Positions 21,082 through 31,090 of a stretch of 64,000 bases of DNA are shown here, piece by piece; position 1 is the stretch's first letter; each line of letters opens with the position of its first letter. Source of the DNA: Longimicrobiales bacterium (GTDB lineage: Bacteria; Gemmatimonadota; Gemmatimonadetes; Longimicrobiales; Gaopeijiaceae); assembly GCA_965238005.1 (NCBI GenBank), contig OZ250165.1, positions 3,168,001 to 3,232,000 on the forward strand, written 5' to 3'. A program made the position numbers and the translations under genes. The notes beneath the pieces are model-generated. The model saw only the letters and a list, made by a program, of their open reading frames with translations. It did not search any database and had not been told where the DNA came from.

Positions 21082-21150
21082 AAACCTCCACACTGTGCGT
21101 GAAAACCTCCACTATGCGTGAAAAGCGTCACTGTGCGCGAAAAGCGTCAC
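21082..21150. repeat. Imperfect 19-bp tandem repeat, about 3.6 copies
   Basis: aaacctccacactgtgcgtg / aaaacctccactatgcgtg / aaaagcgtcactgtgcgcg / aaaagcgtcac. Confidence 0.75.
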
Positions 21151-21151
21151 G

Positions 21152-23332
21152 CTAGGAATCCTGGTCCCCCGACGGGGCGGGATCCACCGTGAACGTGATG
21201 GACATCCCCGAGCCCATGTGCTCGGGGATCTGACAGTTGAGCATCCAGTTTCCGGGGTTGGACATGTCGACCAGGAGGTCCACGGTGGAGCCCACCGGGA
21301 TGACCGCCGTGTCCTTCCAGACCAGGTTGCTCGTCCGCACTCCGTCCCGCTCTACGACCAGAAAGCGCTGCCCGTGGAGGTGCATCGGGTGATTCATGGG
21401 ATGGACACCGCTACCCGGGTTCACCACGCGGATCTTGGCGACCTCTCCCTCCGTGAAGCGCCAACCTACCGCCGGGCGGATCTCTTCCTCTTCCTCTTCC
21501 TCATCTTCCGCGGACCTCGCGGGTTCGTGGAGCACCCATCGCACCTCCAGCCCCGTGGTCAGCCAGTTCATGACGGGCATGGCGTCGTTCCACTCCATGG
21601 GTGGGGAGTACGTCGAGCTGCGGATCGCCAGGTCGATGGCGGGCTCCAGGTCCTGGATCTGGAGGAGCAGCTCCAGCTCGTGGTCCACACCCTTGTCGAA
21701 GTGCGGCCGGAACCGGTCGATGTCGGCGATGACGTCCGTGTTCTCTCTCAGGCGCGAGAACGACTCCGAGAGGTCTCGGGCGGTTTCTTCGGTCCTCACT
21801 CGGATGACACCCAGCGTGTCCACCTTGGGATAGAAGACACCCACGAAGTGGTTGAGGGCGCTTACCCGGTTCGTGATGGCGACGTCGCCCGGCTCGGCGA
21901 AGCGGGCCTCGACGACGTAGCGCTGCCCCGGGGCGATCACCACGCTTTCAACCCACTCCTCCCGCTCAAACCTACCCAGGTCTCCGGCCACCACCTTCAT
22001 CGGGGCTCCGTCCAAGGAGAGATTGAAGCTCCGGGTGTTGGAGGCGTTGACGAGGAAGAAGCGCACCACATCCCCCTTGTCGACGGAGAGCTCGTGGTCC
22101 GCCCGCCCATTTACGACGATCTCCGTCCCGAAGCGGCCCATGAGGGCATGGGTAGGCGTGTCGCGTCCCCAGGGGATGAGCCCCTCGGCGTCGATGAGGA
22201 TGTCGTCCAGGATCATGACCTCCTCACGGTTCGCTGCCCCGTAGTAGTCCTCCTCCGCCGGTTCCACGAGAATCGCCCCGTAGAGCCCCAGATCCTGGGC
22301 CACGTCCCCCCGCTGATGCGGGTGGTACCAGTAGACGCCGGGATCGGGAAAGCGAACGCGGGCCCTGTACGTATCGCCGGGCCGCACGGGCCGCTGCGTG
22401 AGCCCGGGAACGCCGTCGAAGCGATTCTTCAGCCGGACGCCGTGCCAGCGAAGCGTGGTGGAGAGCTGGGTGTGATTCGTGAAGACCACCACGATCTCCG
22501 AGCCTTCCCGGATCTTGAGGACCGGACCAGGGCTCTGTCCGTTGAAGCCGTACAGTCCGATGTCCCGGCCTCGGAGGCTCCCGCGGACCGGCGCAGCCTC
22601 CAGATGGAGCGTGTCGCCGTCCGCCAGCTCGACCACGCCGGGACGCTCGGCACGAGGCAGGGGACCCGCCTCTGTCTCCATCCCCGGGAGGAAGGGCTCC
22701 ACTATGGGCACCAACCCCATGAGTCCGGGCATCATGGGGGACGCAGGCGCCATGGGAGGAGCCCTCCAGCCGGTGGCCGAGTTGTCACGGCCCGCGGGAG
22801 GAAACATGAGAGCGTCCCGATGCTGTTGGGCCTGCGCGCTTGGAGACGTCCCCCTCAGCACGAGCCGGCCGGTCCGCTCCGGCACGTCCGGGTGTGGCTC
22901 CGCGCTCATCAGGATGCGGAACTGGTCGTAGGCCAGGGTTCCCAGCCGCGTCCGGCCGTTCTTCACGACGCCAAGACGTACCGGTTTGCCGAGCAACAGC
23001 GTGGTAGCCCAGGCCACGTAGACCGTGTAGTCGCCCAGGGTCTCGGGGGGCGGAAGGCCCTCCACCGTCGCCGTCAGCTCGTAGAGGTAGTGCCCGTCCT
23101 GAGTGACGGCGACGTCGAACGGGGTCTGCACCCCGCGCAGCTCGAGAATCCCCGAGGCCTCGCGTAGGGCGGGAACGGGGATCAGATCGGTACAGTACGC
23201 GCTCCACGCCGGCACGGTCGCCGCCGTCGCGTCCTTCGGGCAAAGCTCCCCTGCCGGGGGCGTCGGAGCGACGCCCCCGGGCTGCTGTACGCTCAAGACG
23301 CCCAGCATGAGAGCACCTGCGAACGTCGTCAT
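21152..23332 (-). CDS. Secreted multicopper oxidase family protein with degenerate T2/T3 ligands
   Basis: FNGQSPGP, TTLRWHG, YWYHPH, HPMHLHG, WKDT and WMLNCQIPEHMGSGM motifs. Confidence 0.9.
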   Translation of the reverse strand: MTTFAGALMLGVLSVQQPGGVAPTPPAGELCPKDATAATVPAWSAYCTDLIPVPALREASGILELRGVQTPFDVAVTQDGHYLYELTATVEGLPPPETLGDYTVYVAWATTLLLGKPVRLGVVKNGRTRLGTLAYDQFRILMSAEPHPDVPERTGRLVLRGTSPSAQAQQHRDALMFPPAGRDNSATGWRAPPMAPASPMMPGLMGLVPIVEPFLPGMETEAGPLPRAERPGVVELADGDTLHLEAAPVRGSLRGRDIGLYGFNGQSPGPVLKIREGSEIVVVFTNHTQLSTTLRWHGVRLKNRFDGVPGLTQRPVRPGDTYRARVRFPDPGVYWYHPHQRGDVAQDLGLYGAILVEPAEEDYYGAANREEVMILDDILIDAEGLIPWGRDTPTHALMGRFGTEIVVNGRADHELSVDKGDVVRFFLVNASNTRSFNLSLDGAPMKVVAGDLGRFEREEWVESVVIAPGQRYVVEARFAEPGDVAITNRVSALNHFVGVFYPKVDTLGVIRVRTEETARDLSESFSRLRENTDVIADIDRFRPHFDKGVDHELELLLQIQDLEPAIDLAIRSSTYSPPMEWNDAMPVMNWLTTGLEVRWVLHEPARSAEDEEEEEEEIRPAVGWRFTEGEVAKIRVVNPGSGVHPMNHPMHLHGQRFLVVERDGVRTSNLVWKDTAVIPVGSTVDLLVDMSNPGNWMLNCQIPEHMGSGMSITFTVDPAPSGDQDS

Positions 23333-23361
23333 CCTCCCGCTGCCCGCTCCTCCTTCTCTAT

Positions 23362-23435
23362 CTAGTGTCCGTTACCAAAGTGTCTCGGCCAGTCGAGGGC
23401 ACGGTGCATCCGTGGCCTCGGCGTTGGGACTCCTT
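23362..23435 (+). mobile_element. Truncated one-ended copy of the MITE at 42665-42842, inverted
   Basis: About 74 bp near-identical to the reverse complement of 42772-42846, starting CTAG-TGTCCGTTACCAAAGT. Confidence 0.85.
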
Positions 23436-23626
23436 ACCATAGCATAAGCAGGGGGCCGGAAAATTGCAGTATAGGAGCATCAGTGCCGCGGGGCATCTCC
23501 GGCACCCCGCCCCATGCCGGACACAAGGCCCCTTCGATTCCTTGCAAAAACCTTGGTAATCTTCCAATCTGCCCTTCTGCTCCCGCTCGCCCAATTGGAA
23601 TCCCCCTGCCAACGGAGCGCTCAGTC

Positions 23627-25132
23627 ATGAAACGACGGACCTTCCTCCGATCCACGATCGCGGCGGCGGTCGCCACCTCGATTCCAGGCAGGCGGTCGCT
23701 GGCCGCTCTCTACTGGCCGGTGGCCCAGGTGCCCCCCGACGTCGATGCCATCACGGGAGACGGCCGGGAAGTCACGCTGAAGGGCAAGGCAGTCCAGGAG
23801 CTGGCCGCCAGCTTGAAAGGGCACCTGCTCCTGGCTGACGACGAGGGCTACGACGACGCTCGGCGCGTGCGCAACGCCTCCATCGACAAACACCCCGCCC
23901 TCATCGTTCAGGCGACCGGCGCCGCCGACGTAGCGAGCGCGGTGGATTTCGCACGGGAGAACAGCCTGCTAGTGGCGGTTCAGAAGTGCGGCGGTCACAG
24001 CCCGTCCGGAAAGTCCACGTGCGACCGCGGCATGATGATCGATCTCTCGCCATTCCAGGGTGTCCGCGTCGATCCGGTGGACAGGAGAGCCCGGGTCGCG
24101 GGGGGGACGCTGATCGGCCTGCTAGACCACGAGGCCATGTCGTACGGGTTGGTGACCCCCATGGGGACGGTGTCGCACACCGGCGTCAGCGGCTTGACCC
24201 TGGGCGGCGGATTCGGCCGAGTCGCACGCCGGTTCGGTTTGGCCCTCGACAACGTTATGGCCGTGGACGTGGTGACGGCGGACGGCAAGCTCCGTCGTGC
24301 CAACAAAGACGAGAACGAGGATCTGTATTGGGGAGTGCGCGGGGGCGGCGGGAATTTCGGTGTGGTCACTTCCTTCGAGTTCCAGCTGCATCCGATGCAA
24401 CGCCAGGTCGTCGGCGGCCACATCGTGTTCCCCATCGCCAAGGCTCGCGACGCCCTGAAGCTCTTCGCCGACTACGCCGTCGAGGCTCCCGACGAACTCT
24501 ACTTCGACTACTTCATGATGTTGCCTCCGGGGGGCGCTAACGGCGTGGCGGGGTTCAGCGTCTGTTACTCCGGGCCCGAGAGCGGGGCGGAGAAAGCGCT
24601 CGCGCCCATTCGCGGGTTGGGCACGCCGGCAATGGACGGCGTCACGGCCATGGACTACGTGGCGCTTCAGCGATCCGGTGACATCGACGACCCGCGCGCC
24701 ACGGGTAGCTACCTAAAGGGCGGCTTCGTCACCGAAATCGCGCCGGACCTTGTTACCGCCATCGTGGAGAACTTCGAGGGACATCCCAGACGCGTGACCC
24801 AGCTGTTCTTCCAGCACGCCGGAGGGGCCATCGGGCGAGTGGCGCCGGACGCGACGTCGTTCGCGCACCGGCACGCACAGCTCAACATGCTGAACGCCGT
24901 CGGCTGGAACGTGGGCGATGACCCGACCGCGCACGTCGACTGGATCAGACGGTACTGGGCCGAGCTCGAGCCCTTCACCAGCGGGTTCTATACCAACGAG
25001 GTCGGCGAGGAGACCGCTGAGATGATCGACGCCAACTACCGGCAGAACTTCGACCGCCTCGTCAGTATCAAGAACCGGTACGACCCGACGAACCTGTTCC
25101 GGCTAAACGCGAACGTGCAGCCGACGGCCTGA
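23627..25132 (+). CDS. Tat-exported FAD-binding oxidoreductase (VAO/BBE family)
   Basis: MKRRTFL Tat leader; CGGHS, GLTLGGG, RGGGGNFGVVT and YDPTNLF motifs. Confidence 0.92.
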   Translation: MKRRTFLRSTIAAAVATSIPGRRSLAALYWPVAQVPPDVDAITGDGREVTLKGKAVQELAASLKGHLLLADDEGYDDARRVRNASIDKHPALIVQATGAADVASAVDFARENSLLVAVQKCGGHSPSGKSTCDRGMMIDLSPFQGVRVDPVDRRARVAGGTLIGLLDHEAMSYGLVTPMGTVSHTGVSGLTLGGGFGRVARRFGLALDNVMAVDVVTADGKLRRANKDENEDLYWGVRGGGGNFGVVTSFEFQLHPMQRQVVGGHIVFPIAKARDALKLFADYAVEAPDELYFDYFMMLPPGGANGVAGFSVCYSGPESGAEKALAPIRGLGTPAMDGVTAMDYVALQRSGDIDDPRATGSYLKGGFVTEIAPDLVTAIVENFEGHPRRVTQLFFQHAGGAIGRVAPDATSFAHRHAQLNMLNAVGWNVGDDPTAHVDWIRRYWAELEPFTSGFYTNEVGEETAEMIDANYRQNFDRLVSIKNRYDPTNLFRLNANVQPTA

Positions 25133-25372
25133 GCCCCCTACCGGTGCCGATCCAAAAGCGCCTCGCACGCGGGGTCGTTCCGGATGGGCTCCCAGGTCCA
25201 GCGGGTCTCCAGGGTGTGAACCGTGACGAGCGAGGGCGCTGAGAGCAGTGGCTCCAGTTGCTCAACCGCACCCTCTAGAGCGACAGCAGGGGACAATCAA
25301 CCAGGATTTCCCGGAGGGGCGGTCGGGGCTGCCCCTAGACCTGACTCCTTGGTTCTGGCCACGCACCAGGTA

Positions 25373-25558
25373 GGCATACTGAGGGATTCGGGCGACATGA
25401 AGCCAGGGTACGCCCGTGACAACGACGCCGGCATCTACTTTGAGGACAACGAAGTAAAGAGAGTCGTTCGCACGCGGGAGGACGCCAAAGTCTACTATGT
25501 GAGCCTCTCAGGGGGCAGAATCGTGGAGCGAGAGCTCGAGTCGGAGATGATCGATTAG
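25373..25558 (+). pseudogene. Orphan C-terminal tail of a peptidase E (S51)-like gene
   Basis: GDMKPGYARDNDAGIYFEDNEVKRVVRTREDAKVYYVSL..VERELE; upstream part absent. Confidence 0.6.
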
Positions 25559-25610
25559 GACCTTCAGCGGGGGCGGCCCCACATCGGATCTGTCAGCGAA
25601 AGGACGCTAG

Positions 25611-27212
25611 GAGTCTGCGCCGCAGAAGCACAGCTGACTGAGCCGAATGGTCATCGAGCCGTCCGCGGCGAGGCGGATCCGGGTGATTGGGAGGTTGAGG
25701 ACTTGTGTCTGCGACGGATCGGGAGAGCGGAATGGATGCGTTGGGGGGGGCAAGAGAGCTACGAGAGCCCTCGCGCCGGCAGATGCGGGTGAACCCTCGT
25801 GCAGTCATGCCGCCTGAAGGGTGTGCAGCCGCTTCACATTGAGTGCCAGGCACACGAGGGTCCACTCGGCCCGGACCTTCTCGAGGCCCCGGAAGCTGAA
25901 TCGTCGAAAGCCCATCACTTCCTTGATCCAGCCGATGGGCGCCTCGGCCTGCGACTTTCGCCGTGCGTAGCGTCTGCGGCCATCTTCGCTCGCCAGCTTC
26001 TCCGCCATGCGGACTTTCGCCGGATATTCCTCCTTGTCAACCGTGGGGGCGGCCTTGCCCTCCCGGGCCAGCGCCACATACCCGTCGATGTCTCGCTCTT
26101 CCAGTTCCTCGAGATCCCGCTCGTTGCAATAGCCCGTGTCCGCCAGCACCTGCGCCGGCGTCTCGCCGTACGCTTGCGCCACCGCGTCGACCATGGGCAC
26201 CAGCTGGCCCTGGTCGCTCGCGTTGTCCGTCACCTCGGCCCCGACCACCAGCTGGTTCTCCCCCTCCACGACCGTCTGTGCGTTGTAGCACTGCTGGAAC
26301 CCCTCCGAACTCGTCTTCATGATCCGGCTCTCAGGGTCCGTGAAGTTGCTCTGCGCCGCCTCGTCCGGCTCTCCGTACTCCCGCTTGTAGGGCCTGCCGC
26401 CCTTCGGGTTGCGCGTCTGCCCCGGCTTGCGGCCCCGTGCGTCGTCCGCCGCTCTCTGCTCGGCTTCCAGGCGCGCCTTCGCCTCCCGGATCGCCGCCAG
26501 CCGGTCCTCGCGCCGCTTGAGCTCCTCCGGCACCTCGTCTCCGCATGCTTCCTCGCCGTAGCGCTCGTCTTCCGCTTCGTCCACCGCCTCGGCCCTCTCC
26601 AACAGCCCCCGGATCTCCGCCTCCAGCCGAGGCTCCCCGGTCACCATCCGGCCGTAGCTCATCGCCTTGCGCTTGTTCGCGTTCGCCCGAACCTTCGTCC
26701 CGTCCACCGACACCCTGCCAAGCCCCGCCAGCCCCAAGGCCCGCGCGAGCATCACCACCTCCACAAACACCGCCCGGAAATCCCCGAGATGGCGCTTGCG
26801 GAACTCGCACAGCGTCCGGTGCTTCGGGAAGTTCTCCGCCGCCAGCATCCGAAACGCGACATCCTCCTCCAGCTTCCTCGCCATCTTCCGCGACGAGAAG
26901 GTGCCCGTCGCATACGCGTAGATCAGCACCTTGACCATCATCCGAGGGTCGTACGGCGAGTTGCGCCGCCCGTCCCCCCGGTACCGCCCGTAGAACGCGC
27001 TCAGCTCCACCGCGTCCACCAGGTCGCTCACATGGTGCGCCAAATGACCCTCCGACACCCACTCCCGAAGATCCGGAGGCAGCAACAACATCTGCTCCGG
27101 ATCGTACGGTCGAAATGTCGTTCCCATTCACCCCCCTCGGTGATCCGCAAGCCTTCCCAATGCCTTCGCTACCACCAAAGATAGCCGCCGCAGGGTTCTG
27201 CGGCGCAGACTC
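25611..27212 (-). mobile_element. IS1182-family insertion sequence, 1602 bp
   Basis: Perfect 17-bp TIR GAGTCTGCGCCGCAGAA (25611-25627 and 27196-27212), flanked on both sides by CTAG (25607-25610 and 27213-27216). Confidence 0.93.
25805..27127 (-). CDS. IS1182-family transposase
   Basis: FRPYDPEQMLLLPP, YDPRMMVKVLIYAY, VDGTKVRANA, NFTDPESRIMK, LADTGY and FSFRGLEKV motifs. Confidence 0.93.
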   Translation of the reverse strand: MGTTFRPYDPEQMLLLPPDLREWVSEGHLAHHVSDLVDAVELSAFYGRYRGDGRRNSPYDPRMMVKVLIYAYATGTFSSRKMARKLEEDVAFRMLAAENFPKHRTLCEFRKRHLGDFRAVFVEVVMLARALGLAGLGRVSVDGTKVRANANKRKAMSYGRMVTGEPRLEAEIRGLLERAEAVDEAEDERYGEEACGDEVPEELKRREDRLAAIREAKARLEAEQRAADDARGRKPGQTRNPKGGRPYKREYGEPDEAAQSNFTDPESRIMKTSSEGFQQCYNAQTVVEGENQLVVGAEVTDNASDQGQLVPMVDAVAQAYGETPAQVLADTGYCNERDLEELEERDIDGYVALAREGKAAPTVDKEEYPAKVRMAEKLASEDGRRRYARRKSQAEAPIGWIKEVMGFRRFSFRGLEKVRAEWTLVCLALNVKRLHTLQAA

Positions 27213-27217
27213 CTAGC

Positions 27218-28738
27218 CTATCGAATACAGCACACCAGTCGGAAGCGGCTCGGCCCGCCGTCGGGTAGACCTGAAAGCAAGAAGATGACTGAGTCGCCAC
27301 CTACGAAGTCAGGGAAGGCCAGGCGGCTGGCGTCCTCGCTCCCCCGCACACGCGAGATCCGCCTCCTCTCCCGATCCAACACGAAGATCCCGGAGAGGTC
27401 CCGGGATTCTGTCTCGCCCAGCACGGGGAGCCCGCGGCCCCGGGCATTTGGGGCCGCGCCCTCGGGAACCGCGAAAGCCGCACGCCGTCCGCTTTGATCG
27501 AAAGCGATCTTCCCGGTCTGAATTCCCAGGTCGAGCACCTCGTCACACCTTCCGTCGTCGGACATCCGGAAGAGCTTCGTAGTGGCGGTCGTCTCGTCCC
27601 GACCCGCGATCTCCGAGCCGTCCTTGGAGATCATGGGAAGCGAGACCTGGAGATCGGGGCAGGCGGCTACCACCTCGCCTCTGGGCCGGAGCCCCCAGTC
27701 TGGTAGCGTCAGCTCGTAGTCGCGGTAGACAACGCGGTCATACCAGCTCGTCATGATCCGGTACGTAGTCGGCGGGCCGTCCCCGCCGTCGGTACGATCG
27801 AGGATCGCCGTCGACGGATACTCGTCATTCATCGCGGGATCGAAGTAGAGCGGACGGACCTCCTCGGCGCGTCCACGGCGAGCCGCCTCGACGACTTCAG
27901 CCGCGTCGAAGAACTGGAGCCCCGAACGACGCGGACCCGGGGTGACGAAAAGCCGGCCATCGGGTGTGGGGATGAAGTCGACGAAGCCGGGTGCCAGCGA
28001 GCTCACTCGGGTCCTCATGTCGAGGAGATAGATGCGCCCGCCCATCTCATAGGCTATGACGCGCGTGCCAGGAACCCACCGAAAGTAGGCTCCCGGATGC
28101 CCGTCGACCGGGAAGTCCGTGATGGCCTGGCCCACGTCCGGACTCCTGGCCAGCGTCATGTCCGGGGAGGGCTCGTCGGTGACCTCCTTCACCGTCCCGT
28201 CCCCCATGCGGCCCTCGATCATTCGCCGATACGTCTCTGCCGTCTTGAAGCCCAGGATCGCTCCTCCCAGCAGGCCCCCGTCCCGATGTGGGATGACCGC
28301 CGGGAAGTGCGTGGTCGCACCTCTGGCAATCAAGCTCTCCACCAACGGGTCGGTGGACGCTCCTCCTACCCCTCCCGCGACGGCCTCCGTATGCTCGTAG
28401 ATGGAGGAGGCCTCCACTACCATCAGCGAGATGCCCAGATCTTCCGTAGCCGAGTGGATCTCCTGAATGCCTCGCCGTGACAAGGGCATCAAGGGCGACC
28501 ACACGAAGATGACTCCACTGCAGGCTCGCCCCATCGGGTCGTCGGGGGTCGTGGACCGGTCAACATACCGCATGGCCTCGCACGACCGTACCCGTCGAGA
28601 TAGGGCGGACAGGGGAGTCAGGGTATCGACCTCAGGCGGCAACGGTCTCTCCCTGAGCTCCCCCGCCTCCTGTGCCGCAGCGGCACTCGCGGATCCGAAC
28701 GCGGAGAGTGCCACTGCCAGGAGGAAGAACTGCTTCAT
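27218..28738 (-). CDS. Secreted hypothetical protein: thioredoxin-like N-domain plus TolB-like propeller
   Basis: GGAG RBS, signal peptide; GVIFVWSPLMPLS..THFPAV N-domain; PTPDGR, ISKDGS and FDQSGR blade motifs. Domain calls are inference. Confidence 0.6.
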   Translation of the reverse strand: MKQFFLLAVALSAFGSASAAAAQEAGELRERPLPPEVDTLTPLSALSRRVRSCEAMRYVDRSTTPDDPMGRACSGVIFVWSPLMPLSRRGIQEIHSATEDLGISLMVVEASSIYEHTEAVAGGVGGASTDPLVESLIARGATTHFPAVIPHRDGGLLGGAILGFKTAETYRRMIEGRMGDGTVKEVTDEPSPDMTLARSPDVGQAITDFPVDGHPGAYFRWVPGTRVIAYEMGGRIYLLDMRTRVSSLAPGFVDFIPTPDGRLFVTPGPRRSGLQFFDAAEVVEAARRGRAEEVRPLYFDPAMNDEYPSTAILDRTDGGDGPPTTYRIMTSWYDRVVYRDYELTLPDWGLRPRGEVVAACPDLQVSLPMISKDGSEIAGRDETTATTKLFRMSDDGRCDEVLDLGIQTGKIAFDQSGRRAAFAVPEGAAPNARGRGLPVLGETESRDLSGIFVLDRERRRISRVRGSEDASRLAFPDFVGGDSVIFLLSGLPDGGPSRFRLVCCIR

Positions 28739-28757
28739 CTCGAGGGTCACTCCTCGG

Positions 28758-29615
28758 TCACCCTCCCGCGATCGACGCCCGAATCGCGCGGGCGGTGATC
28801 TCCGCCCGATAGGCCACCAACCTCTGCCCGTTGGCGATCGTCTGCTCGAGCGGCGCGAGGTCGACCCCGTTGATGCTGAACAAGCCTGCGTCAATGCGCT
28901 GTAGTGCGCGGATCCGCACCGGATCCGTCGTGGCGATGATCGAAGAGTAATGATAGTCGTCGTGATATTCGTTGCGGGTGGCGACGCACTCGTCGGGCTG
29001 CTGGAAGATCCCGAGCTCGTTCTTCAGGTAGTCGCAGCTGTAGATGTCTTCGGAGTAGTACTCGGGGATGTAATGGACGCGGGCCGGGCTGCCCATCCAT
29101 AAGCGGTTCAGCGTCTCGGTGACCGCCTCCATGCCCTGCCGATTCCCCCCGCTGTCGCCGATCAAGACGATGTCCGTGAATCCGTGCTGTGCCAGGCTGC
29201 TGATCACATCCGTCAACAATGCCTGGAAGGTCTCTTGTCGGAGGCTGATGGTCGCATGGTACCTCATGTGACCCGACGGGGGATCGATCCTCCCCTCCGG
29301 AACGAACTTCACGATCGGCGCCACCAACGCGTCGCCGAGTCTCCTGGCGATCGCCTCGGTGGTCGCTTCGAGCACGAAGTTGTGCTTCCCGCTCGCCACG
29401 TAAGGTCCGTTCTGCTCCACCCCACCCGTGGCGACGATGGCCGTCGTCTTGCCCGCTTCGATCGCGTCGCGGACCTCCATCCAGGTCATCTCCTCGATGA
29501 AGACCGTGTTGATGCCCGCCATGGGCCGAGGCGCGTCGAGCTCCTGCGCCGACAGCGGCACACTCAGGATGCTCGCGACAACGAGGCTTGCGGTTACTGG
29601 CGCTTCACGTCTCAT
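28758..29615 (-). CDS. Creatininase family protein, secreted
   Basis: EEMTWMEV, GGVEQNGPY..KH and IGDSGGN motifs; signal peptide. Confidence 0.85.
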   Translation of the reverse strand: MRREAPVTASLVVASILSVPLSAQELDAPRPMAGINTVFIEEMTWMEVRDAIEAGKTTAIVATGGVEQNGPYVASGKHNFVLEATTEAIARRLGDALVAPIVKFVPEGRIDPPSGHMRYHATISLRQETFQALLTDVISSLAQHGFTDIVLIGDSGGNRQGMEAVTETLNRLWMGSPARVHYIPEYYSEDIYSCDYLKNELGIFQQPDECVATRNEYHDDYHYSSIIATTDPVRIRALQRIDAGLFSINGVDLAPLEQTIANGQRLVAYRAEITARAIRASIAGG

Positions 29616-29649
29616 GGTAGACCCTCCCGTCCAGAACCTTAGCGCCGGA

Positions 29650-29748
29650 CTATCTAGCAGCCGGCTCGTTCTTGTACACTCTCCCCGTCCGCATCACGAA
29701 CGCCACGCGGTTCAGCGTCGCAGGGTCGGTGAGCGGATCGCCGTGTAC
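29650..29748 (-). pseudogene. Orphan C-terminal tail of a metal-dependent amidohydrolase
   Basis: VHGDPLTDPATLNRVAFVMRTGRVYKNEPAAR*. Confidence 0.65.
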
Positions 29749-29766
29749 TCGGGAGGGCCCACGAGC

Positions 29767-30708
29767 TCAGACGTCTTGAGCCAGCTCCCGCATGCGCCGC
29801 TTGGTCGCCTGGTCCGGCAGGCGTCCAAAAGCGGCCTGGATATTCTCCTCCATGTGCCCGGGATTCGTGGTCTCGGTCAGGACGCACGTCACTGCGGGAT
29901 GGGCGAGAATGTACTTCAGGGAGAACTGCGCCCAGCTCGCGCAGTCGAATTCGGCGGCCCATTCCGGCAGGGCTCGCCCGCTGACCCGCCCGAAGTAGCT
30001 GCCGTTCATGAACGGTCTGTTGATCAGGACTGCCATCCCGAGATCCTGGGCGAGGGGCAGAAGCCGCTCCTCCGCTCGGGTTTCCATCACCGAGTAGTTC
30101 ATGTGCACGAAGTCCAGCGGCTCCGTCTTCATGAACGACTCCAGGCGATCGTGCGAGCGGTCACTGGAAACCGTCACGCCGATGTAGCGCGCCTCACCCG
30201 TGTCCTTCCACTCACGAAGGTTGGGCCAATGGGCCTCCAGATCTCGCATGCTCTCGACCTGGACCACGTCCAGGGTGCGCCGGCCGAAGAGCCTTTGCGT
30301 CTGTCGCATCTGCGCGATGCCGGCTTCTCTCCCGTCCGTGTTGATCTTGGTGGCGAGAAAGAGGCGGTCGCGTAGGTCCGGTGCCATCAGCACTCGACCG
30401 AACTCGGCGTCGATGTCCTCCGTTCGCGGAGAGGTATCGACGACGCGGCCCCCATGCTCGACGAGCATTCGCATCACGGACGCTATCGGCCCCGTGCCGT
30501 TGTTCGGGATTTCAAGGACGGGCTTCGTGGATCCCAGCCCGACTACGGGCAGGGTTTCACCGCTGGTTGGTATGGCTCGGGTGGGCAGGGTCTCCTGCGC
30601 GGGCAGGGTCTCCTGCGCGAGAATCCCGCCGGGTCGGGACAGCAGGACGCCGAGGCTCGGCAGCTGCATCAGGAAGTCGCGTCGAGTCGTCTCGCTCGTC
30701 GTGGCCAT
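29767..30708 (-). CDS. Aldo/keto reductase with Tat leader
   Basis: TRRDFL leader; LPVVGLG, VVDTSP, FLATK, RYIGVT and SWAQFSLK motifs; 18-bp duplication AQETLP x2. Confidence 0.85.
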   Translation of the reverse strand: MATTSETTRRDFLMQLPSLGVLLSRPGGILAQETLPAQETLPTRAIPTSGETLPVVGLGSTKPVLEIPNNGTGPIASVMRMLVEHGGRVVDTSPRTEDIDAEFGRVLMAPDLRDRLFLATKINTDGREAGIAQMRQTQRLFGRRTLDVVQVESMRDLEAHWPNLREWKDTGEARYIGVTVSSDRSHDRLESFMKTEPLDFVHMNYSVMETRAEERLLPLAQDLGMAVLINRPFMNGSYFGRVSGRALPEWAAEFDCASWAQFSLKYILAHPAVTCVLTETTNPGHMEENIQAAFGRLPDQATKRRMRELAQDV

Positions 30709-31090
30709 GATACCTCGCTGGATCTCCTCGACCTCAGGGGCCGTGCACTGAGCACGGTCGTGGGTCGTGGGCGAGTCGTGGCACCTCGCGCTTCACCATG
30801 CCGCCCCGCGCCGCGAGGGGCAAGGCGAGCGGTGAGCGCCGTGAGCGGCCATCGGCGCCGAGCGCTTCAGCCAGGGCCGCCAACTCGCGAGTGGATCAGC
30901 GGAGGCGCTCGGGATCCGGCCGATGGACGTCGAAGCGCTCCGGTCCCGGTGCCCGCACCTATAGGAGGGCGGACCGCCGACCCCGCGAACGCTCGCGTGA
31001 GACCGCTTGTTGACCAGTTGGGTCCTGCCCGTCACGTTGTCCCGACCGGTGCGAGGGCTTTCGCCTTGCCGATCGAAGACGAGCAAATAC

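Noticed and set aside
21218..23167. Long antisense ORFs (649 aa here; also 1284..2678 and 25799..27184)
   Set aside because: Shadow frames of real high-GC genes; no recognisable motifs.
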